Assembly (NCBI GenBank): GCA_963711835.1
Contig: CAVQFQ010000026.1
Coordinates: 1 to 31,761 of the forward strand
Direction of reading: 5' to 3'
DNA length: 31,761 bases
From: an uncultured delta proteobacterium
GTDB taxonomy: Bacteria; Desulfobacterota; RBG-13-43-22
Numbering within the stretch: position 1 is the first letter of the stretch; the number at the start of each line of letters is the position of its first letter. The translations under genes were made by a program, and so were the position numbers. This document shows positions 16,721 to 26,469 of this stretch, one piece after another. The notes beneath the pieces were generated by a model. That model did no database searches, was not told the DNA's origin, and worked only from the letters and a program-made list of their open reading frames with translations.

Positions 16721-19700
16721 ATATTTCCGAGACCTTTATCCGCCGGCCCATCATGACCACTCTGATTATGATGGGCATCCTGCTCTTCGGGATCATGGGC
16801 TACCTGCGCCTGCCGGTCAGCGACCTGCCCAATGTGGACTTTCCGACCATCCTGGTAACGGCCCAACTGCCGGGAGCCTCCCCGGAAACCATGGCCTCGG
16901 CTGTGGCCACCCCCCTGGAAAAAGAGTTTTCCACCATTGCCGGCCTGGACTCCATGAACTCCGGCAATGCCCTGGGAATCAGCCAGATAACCCTTCAGTT
17001 CACCCTGGACCGCAATATCGATGCGGCGGCCCAGGATGTTCAGGCGGCCATTTCCCGGGCTGCTCGTGTGCTCCCCCAGGACTTGCCTATTCCGCCTTAC
17101 TATCGCAAGGTCAACCCGGCTGATCAGCCGGTGCTTTATTTGTCGCTCAACTCGACCCTTCTGCCCTTATCTACTGTCGACGAGTACGGGCAGACGGTCA
17201 TGGCTCAGCGTATTTCCATGATCAGCGGCGTAGCCCAGGTCCTGGTTTATGGGTCCCAGAAATATGCGGTTCGGATCCAGGTCAACCCCCAGGCCTTGGC
17301 CTCCCGGGGCATCGGCATTGACGAGCTCTCCAGCGCCATTCAAAAAAGCAACGTCAACCTGCCTACCGGCACCTTGTATGGAAATTACCAGGCCTATACG
17401 GTCCAGGCTACCGGACAGTTGAACACGGCCGCGGCTTATAATCCTATCATCGTGGCTTACCGCAACGGTTCCCCGGTGCGTCTGCAGGAAATCGGGCGGG
17501 CCATTGACAGCGTGGAGAATAGCAAGATCGCCAGTTGGTATAATGACCGCAGGGCCATTGTTCTGGCTATCCAGCGCCAGCCGGGAACCAACACCATCGA
17601 GGTAGTGGATTCCATCAAGAAGCTGCTGCCGAATTTTCGGACCCAGATTCCGGCCGCCGTAAACATAGATGTTCTCTACGACCGCTCCGAATCGATTCGA
17701 AACTCAGTGGACGACATCAAGTTTACCCTCATCCTGACCATTTTCCTGGTGGTCCTGGTGATCTTTTTCTTTCTTCGCAATGTCTCGGCTACCATCATTC
17801 CCAGCCTGGCCCTGCCCATGTCCATTGTGGCCACCTTTGCGGTCATGCGCCTGCTCGATTACAGTCTGGACAACCTTTCTCTGATGGCCTTGATTCTATG
17901 CGTGGGTTTCGTGGTCGACGACGCCATCGTAATGCTGGAGAACAATGTCCGCCACATGGAGAAAGGAGAATCGCGGCTTGAAGCCGCCCTCAACGGATCT
18001 AAGGAAATCAGTTTTACTATCCTCTCCATGACCCTTTCCCTGGCCACGGTCTTTGTCCCGGTCCTTTTCATGGGTGGGATTCTGGGACGGCTGCTTCATG
18101 AGTTCGCTGTGGTTATTGCCGTGGCCATCCTGGTTTCAGGTTTTGTTTCCCTGACCCTGACACCCATGCTCTGCAGCCGCTTTCTGCGTCCGCCGGATCC
18201 GGAGAGACAGCGCCGTTATTTCCCCGGTTCGGAACAATTTTTTAACGGCATGCTTAAATTCTATGACTGGAGCTTGAAAAAGGTCTTAAGCCACCCCAGG
18301 ACCACGATGCTGGTTACCCTGATCACCCTGCTGGCCACTCTGTTTCTTTTCCGGGCCGTGCCCAAGGGATTCATCCCCAGCGAAGACACGGGCCAGATAT
18401 TTGCCGTCACTGAGGCCGGTCAGGGCATTTCCTTTGACGATATGATCCGGCACCAGCAGGCCCTGGCCAAGATCGTCCGGGAGGACCCCAATGTGGAAGC
18501 CTATAATTCAACTGTTGGATCCGGCGGCCCAAACATAACCGGTAATTCAGGTCGCATGTTCATCCGCCTCAAACCCCGCTCCGAACGGAAATTGAGTGCC
18601 GATGAGGTTATTCAGGCCTTGCGTCCCAAGGTAGCCAAAGTTCCCGGGATTCAAATGTTTTTACGAAATCCGCCGGTAATCAATGTCGGTGGCACGTTAA
18701 CCAAGGCCCTTTATCAATTTACCTTGCAGAGCCCCAACACCCAGGAATTATACCGCTATGGCGCTCTTTTTGAATCCCGGTTGAGGGCCTTGCCGGAACT
18801 CCAAGATGTGACCAGCGATATCCAGCTAAAAAACCCCCAAATCACTATTGACATCGATCGGGATAAGGCCACGGCTTTAGGTGTTTCGGCCCAGCAAATC
18901 GAAGACGCCCTCTATACGGCCTACGGCTCACGGCAGATTTCAACGATTTTTGCCCCCAATAATTCCTATCAGGTCATCATGGAGCTGGAGCCGGAGTATC
19001 AAGAGGATCCGGCGGCCCTGTCCCTGCTCTATATCCGGTCCTCCACCAACCAGTTGGTTCCCATCGACTCAGTAGCTAAAATAACCCGAGGCGTTGGGCC
19101 CCTTACGGTCAACCATTTGGGCCAGCTTCCCTCGGTTACCGTGTCGTTCAATCTCAAACCGGGGACGGCCCTGGGTGATGCGGTAGCTGTTGTGGAAAAA
19201 ATGGCCCGAAATGTCCTGCCTTCGACTCTAAGCACCAGCTTTCAAGGTACGGCCCAAGCCTTTCAGGCTTCCATGAAGGGGCTCTGGTTGCTCCTGATTC
19301 TGGCCATTCTGCTGATTTATATTATCCTGGGCATCCTCTACGAAAGCTTTATCCATCCCCTAACCATACTCTCCGGTCTGCCCTCGGCGGCCATCGGGGC
19401 ACTCTTGACCTTGCTCATCTTCGGTCAGGAACTGAGTATTTATGCCTTCGTAGGCATTATGATGTTGATCGGCATCGTCAAGAAGAATGCCATCATGATG
19501 ATCGACTTCGCCCTGGCAGCCCAGCGGGAGGAAGGAAAAAAGCCGGCCGAGGCCATCTATCAGGGTTGCCTGATACGTTTTCGGCCGATCATGATGACCT
19601 CCATGGCCGCCCTGATGGGCACCCTGCCGATCGCCCTGGGCTTCGGAGCCGGTGCTGAGTCGCGTCGGCCCCTTGGATTAGCGGTCGTGGGCGGGCTGAT

Positions 19701-19797
19701 CTTCTCCCAGCTCCTGACTCTCTACATCACACCCGTCTTTTACATTTATATGGAGAAATTTAGTAGCTGGTTCAGGAAAGAAAAGGTGGGAGAATGA
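16717..19797 (+). CDS. RND efflux permease (MdtB/MdtC-like)
   Basis: FIRRPIMTTL, LPVSDLPNVDFPTI, GFVVDDAIVMLEN, GIVKKNAIMMIDFA and RFRPIMMT motifs; 1026 aa; ATGA-coupled to the adaptor. Confidence 0.95.
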   Translation: MNISETFIRRPIMTTLIMMGILLFGIMGYLRLPVSDLPNVDFPTILVTAQLPGASPETMASAVATPLEKEFSTIAGLDSMNSGNALGISQITLQFTLDRNIDAAAQDVQAAISRAARVLPQDLPIPPYYRKVNPADQPVLYLSLNSTLLPLSTVDEYGQTVMAQRISMISGVAQVLVYGSQKYAVRIQVNPQALASRGIGIDELSSAIQKSNVNLPTGTLYGNYQAYTVQATGQLNTAAAYNPIIVAYRNGSPVRLQEIGRAIDSVENSKIASWYNDRRAIVLAIQRQPGTNTIEVVDSIKKLLPNFRTQIPAAVNIDVLYDRSESIRNSVDDIKFTLILTIFLVVLVIFFFLRNVSATIIPSLALPMSIVATFAVMRLLDYSLDNLSLMALILCVGFVVDDAIVMLENNVRHMEKGESRLEAALNGSKEISFTILSMTLSLATVFVPVLFMGGILGRLLHEFAVVIAVAILVSGFVSLTLTPMLCSRFLRPPDPERQRRYFPGSEQFFNGMLKFYDWSLKKVLSHPRTTMLVTLITLLATLFLFRAVPKGFIPSEDTGQIFAVTEAGQGISFDDMIRHQQALAKIVREDPNVEAYNSTVGSGGPNITGNSGRMFIRLKPRSERKLSADEVIQALRPKVAKVPGIQMFLRNPPVINVGGTLTKALYQFTLQSPNTQELYRYGALFESRLRALPELQDVTSDIQLKNPQITIDIDRDKATALGVSAQQIEDALYTAYGSRQISTIFAPNNSYQVIMELEPEYQEDPAALSLLYIRSSTNQLVPIDSVAKITRGVGPLTVNHLGQLPSVTVSFNLKPGTALGDAVAVVEKMARNVLPSTLSTSFQGTAQAFQASMKGLWLLLILAILLIYIILGILYESFIHPLTILSGLPSAAIGALLTLLIFGQELSIYAFVGIMMLIGIVKKNAIMMIDFALAAQREEGKKPAEAIYQGCLIRFRPIMMTSMAALMGTLPIALGFGAGAESRRPLGLAVVGGLIFSQLLTLYITPVFYIYMEKFSSWFRKEKVGE

Positions 19798-19822
19798 ATA
19801 CCCAGACTTCCGTTATATTAAG

Positions 19823-20527
19823 ATGAGTTTATCCCTTACAGCTCAAAAGGCCCTGACCGCCTATGGAGGTGAAGACCGCTGGGAAAAAGCTTCTGCAGTT
19901 GAGGCGGTCGTTTCGGCGAGTGGCTTGTTGTTTTGGATGAAGGGGCACCGACCTTTTCGAAGGCTTTCCGTTCAGATGGAAATCCAAAGGTCCCGGGTTC
20001 GATTCCGGCCTATCGATCGGTCTGGAAATACCGCGGTTCTGGAGGGGCAGACCGTTAGAATTGAGGATTCAAGGGACCGAGTGCTCCAGGAACGTCCTGA
20101 GGCACGAAGGTTTTTTGCCAAAGGAAGACGGCTATTTTACTGGGACAATCTGGATCATGCCTATTTTTCAGGTTATGCCTTGTGGAACTATCTGACTTTT
20201 CCGGCCTTGCTTATAAGAAAGGATATCAGATGGCAGGAACCATCACCAGGGACCCTTACCGCCCAATTCCCACCCGAGATACCCACCCACTGTCCGGAAC
20301 AGCAATTTTTCTTTGATCCTTCTACCGGTCTATTGAAACAACATAATTATACGGCCGAGGTCGTAGGCTCTTGGGCCAAAGCAGCCCACGTGGTTCTGGA
20401 ACATAGTTGTTGGGAGGGTCTCCCTTTCCCCTCTAAACGCCGGGTAACCCCCCGGAAACCGGATGGATCCCCCCGCCCCTTTCCGACCCTGGTAGCCATC
20501 ACTGTTCATGAATGGCGATTGAGTTAA
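19823..20527 (+). CDS. Hypothetical protein
   Basis: 234-aa ORF in operon position; protein-like motifs (AYGG..RW, YFSGYALWNYLTFP, FP..IPTH..EQ.F.FD); function not recognised. Confidence 0.75.
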   Translation: MSLSLTAQKALTAYGGEDRWEKASAVEAVVSASGLLFWMKGHRPFRRLSVQMEIQRSRVRFRPIDRSGNTAVLEGQTVRIEDSRDRVLQERPEARRFFAKGRRLFYWDNLDHAYFSGYALWNYLTFPALLIRKDIRWQEPSPGTLTAQFPPEIPTHCPEQQFFFDPSTGLLKQHNYTAEVVGSWAKAAHVVLEHSCWEGLPFPSKRRVTPRKPDGSPRPFPTLVAITVHEWRLS

Positions 20528-21348
20528 AAGATTACCCCGCCGGCCTGGAGAGGGAGATTGGTCAGGCCTAAAAGCCGGATGGATCGGCCTTTATAATTTT
20601 GACCGGACAGGCTGAAACAATGGGGCGGTCTAAGGCCTGATTCGATTAAGCGGGTTTGCCAGACAGCGGCCTTCTCCGGCAACCGGTCTCCCGGACTAAG
20701 AGGGAAGACAAAAAAGTAGCCGGCCCGGCCGGTATTCTTAAGAACTCTTTTTACCTCTTTGAGGACTTCCAGGACATCAGGGATTAGATCCAGGAGATGG
20801 AGGCTGATGACCAGGTCCGCCGTCCCCTCCGGAAGGGGAATTCTTTCTACCTTGGCCAAGGTAAAACAGACATTTCGGACCCCCTTTTTCTCGGCCAAAA
20901 GGACCCCTTGTTTAATCATGTGAAAGGAATAATCCACTCCAATGACGCCGCCCTGGGGGCAGAGGACCTGGGCCAAAAAAACCTCTTGCCAGCCGGACCC
21001 TGCCCCCAGGCTGATTATCCTCTGGTCTTTTGTTATCCCGGCCAATCGGTTTAAAAGTAAAAAACCCCGGTTGAGATTCCTGCGGGAGTATTCAGCCCAG
21101 GTAGGCCCCCAGCTTTCCCAGAAAAAGGGATTTTCAACCTTCTGATCGGTTACCCCTTTAAACTTTTTTATGACCCTCTCCAGGGCTTCCCGTTCTTCCT
21201 TGCGCAGCTCCGGTCCTAAGGTTTCCTTTAAAAATTGGCGCCAGAGCTTCTCCAGATGGATCTGCTCCGGAGTTAAGGGAATAAACCGTTGCCCAAAGGT
21301 GGTCCCTTTGGCCGTTAGTTTTAAGGGGAGCACTTCAACAGGAGTCAT
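20524..21348 (-). CDS. Class I SAM-dependent methyltransferase
   Basis: ISLGAGSG (motif I), GVDYS..MI, E.IPLPEGTADLVIS and LKEVKRVLK motifs. Confidence 0.82.
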   Translation of the reverse strand: MTPVEVLPLKLTAKGTTFGQRFIPLTPEQIHLEKLWRQFLKETLGPELRKEEREALERVIKKFKGVTDQKVENPFFWESWGPTWAEYSRRNLNRGFLLLNRLAGITKDQRIISLGAGSGWQEVFLAQVLCPQGGVIGVDYSFHMIKQGVLLAEKKGVRNVCFTLAKVERIPLPEGTADLVISLHLLDLIPDVLEVLKEVKRVLKNTGRAGYFFVFPLSPGDRLPEKAAVWQTRLIESGLRPPHCFSLSGQNYKGRSIRLLGLTNLPLQAGGVIF

Positions 21349-21377
21349 AAAATCTAGCCAAAGCTATTTGAAATTTA

Positions 21378-21709
21378 GGGTTTGTCCCAAAGTTACGTGA
21401 TTCTCAAACCGAAGGGATAGTCTCTTAAAATATCAAATCACCCCAAAGGGCTTCAGGGGTCTTGATTTCAAGGATTGTCCGCCAAAACGCCGGCAGTTTG
21501 AACCCGGGCAGGAATTTTATAAGTGGGTTTAGAAACAGGCCAACACCAAAGCAATTTATCGTCTTGGGTGAATGCCCGGCTCCCAACCAACTTAGAAATT
21601 CGGGCCGGATTGGGGCTACGGATGCCCTTTCGGACAACCTTGAAATCAAGACCCCCGAAGCCCTCTAAGAATGGATAGCTTAAAAACCACGTAACTTTGG
21701 GACTATCCC
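21378..21709. mobile_element. 332-bp MITE with 22-bp TIRs, perfect 8-bp TSD and structured cargo
   Basis: GGGTTTGTCCCAAAGTTACGTG / CACGTAACTTTGGGACTATCCC; GAAATTTA at 21370-21377 and 21710-21717; inner IR module 21447-21664. Confidence 0.88.
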
Positions 21710-21772
21710 GAAATTTAAGAAAACTCACTCTCGATCAATTCTTATATAACTCGAGGCAGGCTATGAAAGCCT

Positions 21773-23221
21773 CTATCCCTTGACTACTCCGAGAGGTTTT
21801 AATCGGGCCACCTTTTTGGAAAGGCCGGCCCCGTGAACCACATCCACGACCTGGCTCACATCTTTATAAGCCTCCGAGATCTCTTCCACGATCGTCCCCA
21901 AGCCGGCTCCGCGAACAAAAATCCCCCGATCCTCCATCTCCCTGATAATCGCCCGGCCCCGGGCCGCTTTTTTGGCCGCCTGGCGACTCATAATCCTTCC
22001 GGCCCCGTGACAGGTGCTGCCGAAGGTTTCTCTCATGGCCCCATCGGTTCCCAGGAGGACATAGGAATAACGGCCCATATCTCCGGGAATTAAGACCGGC
22101 TGCCCCAATTCCCTAAAATCAGGAGGGATCTGAGGATGATGGGGCGGAAAGGCTCGAGTGGCCCCTTTGCGATGAATGCAGAGCCTCACCTTTCGGCCTT
22201 CCCATTCATGGTCTTCAAACTTGGCGATATTATGGCAGACATCATAGATAAGTTCCATTCTCAAGGCCTTGGGTCCCAGCCCTAAGACTTGTTCCAGGGT
22301 TTCCTGCACCCAGTAGGCGATAATCTGGCGGTTGGCAAAGGCAAAGTTGGCCGCCGCGGCCATGGCCCCGAGATAATCCTGACCCTCCGGAGATTGGATG
22401 GGCGCGCAACACAATTGGCGATCCGGTAATTCAATACCGTATTTGGCGGCAGCATTCAATAATCTTTTTATATGGTCATCGCAGACCTGATGCCCGAGAC
22501 CCCGGGAGCCGGTGTGGACAATCACCGTGACTTGTTGATCATATAGTCCCAACCCTGCGGCCGCCTCCGGATCATAAATGGTTTCCACATAGCCCACTTC
22601 CACAAAATGGTTTCCGGACCCCAGGGTACCCAACTGGTCCTTTCCCCGTTCATAGGCCCGGGCCGAAACCAGATCAGAGCGGGCCCCTTCCAGACAACCG
22701 CCTTCTTCGATATGTTCCAGATCTTTTAAAGACCCGAAGCCCTGTTTAACGGCCCAGCGGGCCCCTCCCGACAAGACCTTTTCCTGCTCTTTAGCGGACA
22801 GACAAAAATCCCGGCGATGGGATCCCAGCCCGGAAGGGATATTTCGAAACAAGGCCTCGACTACTTCTTTGGTCCGACCTTGCAGATCCTGACGGCTCAA
22901 CCCGGAGCGCAGGAGCCGGACCCCTCAATTAATATCATAGCCCACCCCTCCTGGGGAGACCACTCCTTCCTGAAGATCAAAGGCCGCTACCCCCCCTATG
23001 GGGAATCCGTATCCCCAATGAATGTCGGGCATGGCCAACGAAGGGCCGACAATACCCGGCAGCCAGGCCACATTGGCCACCTGCTGCAGGCTCTGGTCTT
23101 TGCTGATTTCGGGCAGCATCGCCTCGGAAACAAAGACCAAACCCTCGGTCCCCATTTTTCCTTCCCGGGGAATGCGGAAGCGGTACTCGTCAATTTTTTC
23201 AAGTTTAATTTTATCCGTCAT
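21773..23221 (-). CDS. rtcB: RtcB RNA ligase (archease-dependent type), 482 aa, in-frame UGA at codon 99 (candidate selenocysteine)
   Basis: ORFs 22925..23254 and 21773..22900 share one frame: ...[18 protein letters not shown]...; [47 protein letters not shown] and VVKG are all intact; AAGGAGGT RBS before ATG 23221. Confidence 0.93.
22884..22924 (-). promoter_or_regulatory. Candidate bacterial SECIS hairpin downstream of the rtcB UGA
   Basis: mRNA UGA-GGGGUC-CGGCUC-CUG-CGCUC-CGG-GUU-GAGCCG-UCAGGAUCU: CGGCUC/GAGCCG stem, short upper stem, G-containing apical loop about 16-20 nt after UGA. Folded by eye only. Confidence 0.5.
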
Positions 23222-23343
23222 AAGCGACCTCCTTAGTAACCGGTTGAGGGGCAAGGTTGGAGGTTGGAGGCCGGCTGCCTCAAACCTCGAGTCTCCGCCT
23301 TGGCGGAGACGGTCCCCTGACTTTTGGCAATAAATGCGATTTG

Positions 23344-23772
23344 TTATAAATCAAATATGATCCTGGCTCGCCAAACCCCCTTATCCTCCCAAATCCGCAG
23401 CTGATGATAGGTGACGGCCTTGAAGATTTCTTTCACTTTATGTTTTTCCGTGTTAAAGGCTTCTCCCCAGGCCTGTACGGAAAGGGATTGCTCTTTCAGA
23501 TCGTTTACTAAAAATTTGGAAAAAACCAGTTGTTTGGTCTCAAAGAGATAAAGCAGTTCGCCCAACCAGGCCACCAGGAGGGCTTCCTGATCCGGGGCCT
23601 GGACGCTGATCTTCCTTTCCAGGACCGGGGTAATACCTTCCACATCCAGTATAATATCAAAAAAAGCCCGGGCCGCCTGGGAGAAAAGATCCTTCAGGTC
23701 ATTCCCTCGAACCACCATCCCCAGATCACCGGTATGCTTTATTAAACGGTAAGGTTTTCGAAAAGCAGCCAT
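23344..23772 (-). CDS. Archease (RtcB activation factor)
   Basis: [27 protein letters not shown] and KAVTYHQL.I......A.IIFDL motifs; directly upstream of rtcB; start at ATG 23772. Confidence 0.92.
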   Translation of the reverse strand: MAAFRKPYRLIKHTGDLGMVVRGNDLKDLFSQAARAFFDIILDVEGITPVLERKISVQAPDQEALLVAWLGELLYLFETKQLVFSKFLVNDLKEQSLSVQAWGEAFNTEKHKVKEIFKAVTYHQLRIWEDKGVWRARIIFDL

Positions 23773-23908
23773 TTTTCTATTGTAACCTAATACAGTTTGT
23801 TCTTGCAATCGCGCTGTATTAAGACTAAAAAATTAGCCCAAAGAACCCATCAAGACCCTTGGGCAACGAATCCGGTTTTTCCTGATGTCGTTACTACTCT
23901 GGCTTCTC

Positions 23909-24030
23909 AATTCTAACCAAAGATATTTGAAATTTTTTTAAAGTCCTGAAGAAATGGTGTAGGGGGACCCCCCCTACACCTGATTTTGGAAAGTTAGAGA
24001 TAAATTCTCAGACTAAAAGATGTAAGAATC
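23909..24030 (+). repeat. 122-bp dispersed repeat, copy B (upstream of the MFS/spermidine synthase gene)
   Basis: Near-identical to 3532-3653; central hairpin GGTGTAGGGGG...CCCCCTACACC. Confidence 0.92.
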
Positions 24031-24051
24031 CTATTCCTTGGAGAGTATTTC

Positions 24052-26463
24052 ATGATTAGACCTCTTGTTCTAATATGCTTCTTTTTTTCCGGATTCAGCG
24101 GACTGCTTTATGAAGTCCTCTGGTTACGGATGCTTATTCTGATTTTTGGCTCCACTACCTTGGCCATCAGTACGGTCCTGACCTCTTTCATGGGCGGCTT
24201 GGCCCTGGGGAGTTATCTTTTCGGGCACCTCATGGACCGTTGGAAGCGTCCGCTGCTGGTTTACGGCCTCCTGGAAGGTGTCATCGGGCTTTACGCCCTG
24301 CTCATCCCCTGGCTCTTTACCCTTCTAATTCCCGTCTACCAACTGATCTGGCAAACCTTTCATCTTAACCTTTCCAGTTTTACCTTCTTGCAATTTTTGC
24401 TGGTCTCGGTGGTTCTGGTAGTCCCCACCACCTGCATGGGAGCTACCTTGCCGATCTTAAGTAAATGGGCCGTTCAACAGGAATTTACTCTGGGTGTAAC
24501 CATCGGCCGTCTTTATGCCCTCAATACCTTTGGAGCGGTCCTGGGCACCGCTCTGAGCGGTTTTTTCCTGCTGCCCAATTTGGGGGTCCGGACCACCCTC
24601 TGGATCGCCGTATCCATAAATATTTTGGTGGCCCTAGGCATCCTGTTACTGATCCGCCGGGTCCGGCCATCCGTCCCGGCCCCGGCTGAAGAAGCCTCCG
24701 GCGCCGGCCCAGCCACCAGACCGGCGGCGAAACCCTCATCCGCTGTCTTGCCTAAAAACGTCATCTGGTCGGTAGTATTCGGAGTGGCTTTATCCGGCTT
24801 TGTTTCCATGATCTACGAAGTGGCCTGGAGCCGGACCCTCTCCCTTTTGGTGGATTCTTCCGTCTACGGCTTCAGCATCATGCTGACCACGTTCTTGGTC
24901 GGGATTGCGGTGGGTTCCTTTTTTTTCTCCCGCTGGGTGGATCGACTCCGCTTCCCCGGTTTTATCTGGGCCTGGCTCCAAATGGGCATTGGACTCTTCG
25001 CCTTTATCAGCCTGCTCTTCTTTCAGGAACTGCCTTATTTCTATCTTCTTCTCTACCAGTCCCTGGGAAATTCGATCAATTTGCTGTTGACGGGGAAGTT
25101 TTTGCTGGCCTTTTTTATCATGCTCGCTCCGACCCTGTTTATGGGGGCCCTCTTCCCCTTAACCGTTAAGATCTACGCCGCCAATCTGAACCAGATCGGC
25201 CGCTTTGTAGGCAACATTTACACTATAAATACCGTCGGCTGCATCCTGGGTTCTTTTGCGGGGGGATTTTTCCTCATCCCGCTCCTCGGCATTCGGAACA
25301 CTATTCTCATGGGGATTATCCTCAATCTGCTCTTGGGGCTGACGATCCTGGTCCTGTCGCCTTCTCCCCGAGCCTCGTTAAAATGGATGGCCGCGCCGGC
25401 CATCCTGTTTTTCACGGCCCTTATCCTTTGGCACCCCCCGGTCTGGAAAGCCCCTTTGATGGTCAGCGGGGTCTATATCTACGCCCATAACTTTGAAAAG
25501 ACCTCACGCCAGGAATTGCTGGAGATGTACGATCCCAAGAACGAACCGCTCCTCTATTACAAGGAAGGCCATACCTGCACCATCAGTGTCCACAAATCAC
25601 GATATACCGGGACGATTTACATGAAGTCCAACAGCAAGGTGGAAGCCTCCAGCAAGGGGGATATGCCGACCCAGGTCCTGGTAGGGCAGATCCCCATGCT
25701 CCTGGCCCCCAAATTGGATGAAGTCCTGGTGGTCGGTATGGGCAGCGGCGTAACGGTCGGTTCCGTGACCACCTTTCCGGCCAAGAAAATAACCCTGGTT
25801 GAATTGGAAGAGGCGGTCATTGAAGGCTCCCGGTTTTTTAATGAGGTCAACTGCCGGCCCTTGGAAGACTCCCGTTTGATCCTGCGGATAGCCGATGCCC
25901 GGAATTATCTGTTAGTCACCCCGGATCAATACGATGTTATCATATCGGAGCCGTCCAACCCCTGGATGGCCGGGATCGCCAACGTCTTTACCCGGGAATT
26001 TTTTCAGTTAGGCCACCGAAAATTGAAACCGGAGGGGATCTTTTGCCAGTGGCTCCAGCTTTACAAAATCTCGCCGGAGAGCTTTAAGACGGTTCTCTCC
26101 ACCTTCCATTCGGTTTTTCCTTTTGTCTATGTCTTTCAACCGCAGGATAAAGACCTGGTCATGGTCGGGTTTAAGAAAAAACCGGTTTTATCCCTGGCCA
26201 AGCTTCAGGAGCGGATGAACTGGGATAAAGTGGCTGCAGATCTTAAGCGTATTAATGTCCCTGATCTGGAGGAATTGATGTCCCGTTTTACCATGGGGCC
26301 GAACGAAATAGCCGTCCTGACCCGGGGGGGAATCATCAACACCGACGATAACGCCCTGATCGAATTTTCCACCCCTAAAACGCTCTTTATTGAGACGGAG
26401 GATCTGAATGCCCAGGTCCTTGAACCCTACAGGCGCCCGGCAAGAGACTATTTTAAGCCGTAG
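24052..26463 (+). CDS. Fused MFS-like membrane domain / spermidine synthase-like protein
   Basis: Two TM blocks (FFSGFSGLLYEVLW.R, LYALNTFGAVLG; IYEVAWSR, IYTINTVG) followed by VLVVGMGSGVT, VELEEAVIE, DARNYL and YDVIISEPSNPW. Confidence 0.9.
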   Translation: MIRPLVLICFFFSGFSGLLYEVLWLRMLILIFGSTTLAISTVLTSFMGGLALGSYLFGHLMDRWKRPLLVYGLLEGVIGLYALLIPWLFTLLIPVYQLIWQTFHLNLSSFTFLQFLLVSVVLVVPTTCMGATLPILSKWAVQQEFTLGVTIGRLYALNTFGAVLGTALSGFFLLPNLGVRTTLWIAVSINILVALGILLLIRRVRPSVPAPAEEASGAGPATRPAAKPSSAVLPKNVIWSVVFGVALSGFVSMIYEVAWSRTLSLLVDSSVYGFSIMLTTFLVGIAVGSFFFSRWVDRLRFPGFIWAWLQMGIGLFAFISLLFFQELPYFYLLLYQSLGNSINLLLTGKFLLAFFIMLAPTLFMGALFPLTVKIYAANLNQIGRFVGNIYTINTVGCILGSFAGGFFLIPLLGIRNTILMGIILNLLLGLTILVLSPSPRASLKWMAAPAILFFTALILWHPPVWKAPLMVSGVYIYAHNFEKTSRQELLEMYDPKNEPLLYYKEGHTCTISVHKSRYTGTIYMKSNSKVEASSKGDMPTQVLVGQIPMLLAPKLDEVLVVGMGSGVTVGSVTTFPAKKITLVELEEAVIEGSRFFNEVNCRPLEDSRLILRIADARNYLLVTPDQYDVIISEPSNPWMAGIANVFTREFFQLGHRKLKPEGIFCQWLQLYKISPESFKTVLSTFHSVFPFVYVFQPQDKDLVMVGFKKKPVLSLAKLQERMNWDKVAADLKRINVPDLEELMSRFTMGPNEIAVLTRGGIINTDDNALIEFSTPKTLFIETEDLNAQVLEPYRRPARDYFKP

Positions 26464-26469
26464 CTATTA

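Noticed and set aside
21425-21728. Short ORFs in the MITE (also 26600..26791 and 3584..3910)
   Set aside because: They lie in non-coding repeats, are not conserved in frame between copies and have no transposase motifs.
22925-23254. Separate 109-aa ORF, or rtcB as a two-gene split or pseudogene
   Set aside because: It is in frame with the downstream part, the only interruption is TGA at the conserved Cys, and the proposed TTG restart at 22900 has no convincing RBS.
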